From positions 224,001-288,000 of the forward strand of contig CAWEMM010000009.1 of assembly GCA_963810095.1 (NCBI GenBank): a stretch of 64,000 nucleotides of DNA, read 5' to 3'. Each line of letters starts with the position of its first letter. The first letter of the stretch is position 1. Position numbers and translations under genes: made by a program. This document shows, piece after piece, positions 63,486 through 64,000 of the stretch. Origin of the DNA: an uncultured Chloroflexia bacterium (GTDB lineage Bacteria; Chloroflexota; Anaerolineae; CG2-30-64-16). The notes beneath the pieces were generated by a model that saw nothing but the letters and a program-made list of their open reading frames with translations, searched no databases and had not been told where the DNA came from.

Positions 63486-64000
63486 GCGACTGCCTCCGCG
63501 GGGGCCACGAATTCGATCGCGTCCCGGTTGCACACCGCGCCGCACAGGTTGCAGCCGTAGCACACCTCGGGGTCGATAATCACCGTGCCGTCCCCAAGGC
63601 TGAGCGCAGGACAGCCGGTCTGGATGATGCACAGCTTGCAGGCGTTGCAGTTCTCCGCGATCACCCGGACCTCGCCGGCTCGCTTCCCGCGGCGCATTGC
63701 CGGCATTGCGCACTCCTGCCGGGCTAGCACCACCTTCACGCCGGGTCGTTTGATCGCGTTGAGGATCGCGGCGGTCGTCTGATCCTGGTCGAACGGGTCG
63801 ACCTCGGCGAAGAAGTCGACCCCGATGGCCTCGACGATCTTCGCAATGTCCACCGTCCGCGCCGCTCCCGCCACGCCCGGCTGGCGCGCCGCCTCTGTGC
63901 CCGGATTGGGCTGCATCCCCGTCATGCTCGTCCAGCCGTTGTCGAGGATGATGACAGTGATGGGCGCCTGGTGCTGCACCGCATTCACCAGCCCCGCCAT
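63482..64000 (-). CDS. iorA: Indolepyruvate ferredoxin oxidoreductase alpha subunit (C-terminal part; runs off the right edge)
   Basis: LVNAV, ILDN.WTSMTG.QP.PG TPP-binding region, two ferredoxin motifs CNACKLC...CPA and CYGCNLC...C. Confidence 0.9.
   Translation of the reverse strand: MAGLVNAVQHQAPITVIILDNGWTSMTGMQPNPGTEAARQPGVAGAARTVDIAKIVEAIGVDFFAEVDPFDQDQTTAAILNAIKRPGVKVVLARQECAMPAMRRGKRAGEVRVIAENCNACKLCIIQTGCPALSLGDGTVIIDPEVCYGCNLCGAVCNRDAIEFVAPAEAVA

Overview
GC-rich bacterial chromosomal window, most likely from Chloroflexota (Anaerolineae/Caldilineae-like). The taxon is inferred from Pro/Thr linkers, C-terminal (F/Y)LPxI tails and the repeat families present. About 20 small frameshifts are scattered across otherwise intact genes and look like long-read assembly errors. 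Left to right: (1) a glycan module (GT2, GH1, aldo-keto reductase, glf, GT4-like); (2) rlmI-like methyltransferase, DinG, VOC and DinB genes; (3) a RIO1 kinase preceded by a uORF and terminator; (4) three lipoproteins sharing a paralogous two-Cys domain; (5) an FG-GAP surface protein; (6) an acyl-CoA dehydrogenase, an ~8.75 kb iterative type I PKS/FAS (KS-AT-KS-ACPx3-KR-DH) and a PPTase, followed by an ABC exporter. All three ACPs carry Thr instead of the phosphopantetheine Ser, and both KS domains keep full catalytic triads; (7) DUF1906-like, PD40 and M23 envelope genes; (8) LigD/Ku and a GNAT; (9) a >21 kb minus-strand catabolic cluster with IorAB, ADP-forming acyl-CoA synthetase, HisC-like aminotransferase, XDH-family molybdoenzyme, three non-pyrrolysine MttB methyltransferases, MmgE/PrpD, a peptide-type ABC importer and an atypical enolase-superfamily enzyme. 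Several families of short palindromic elements occur, some inserted in-frame inside genes. No rRNA, tRNA, CRISPR array or transposase was seen.
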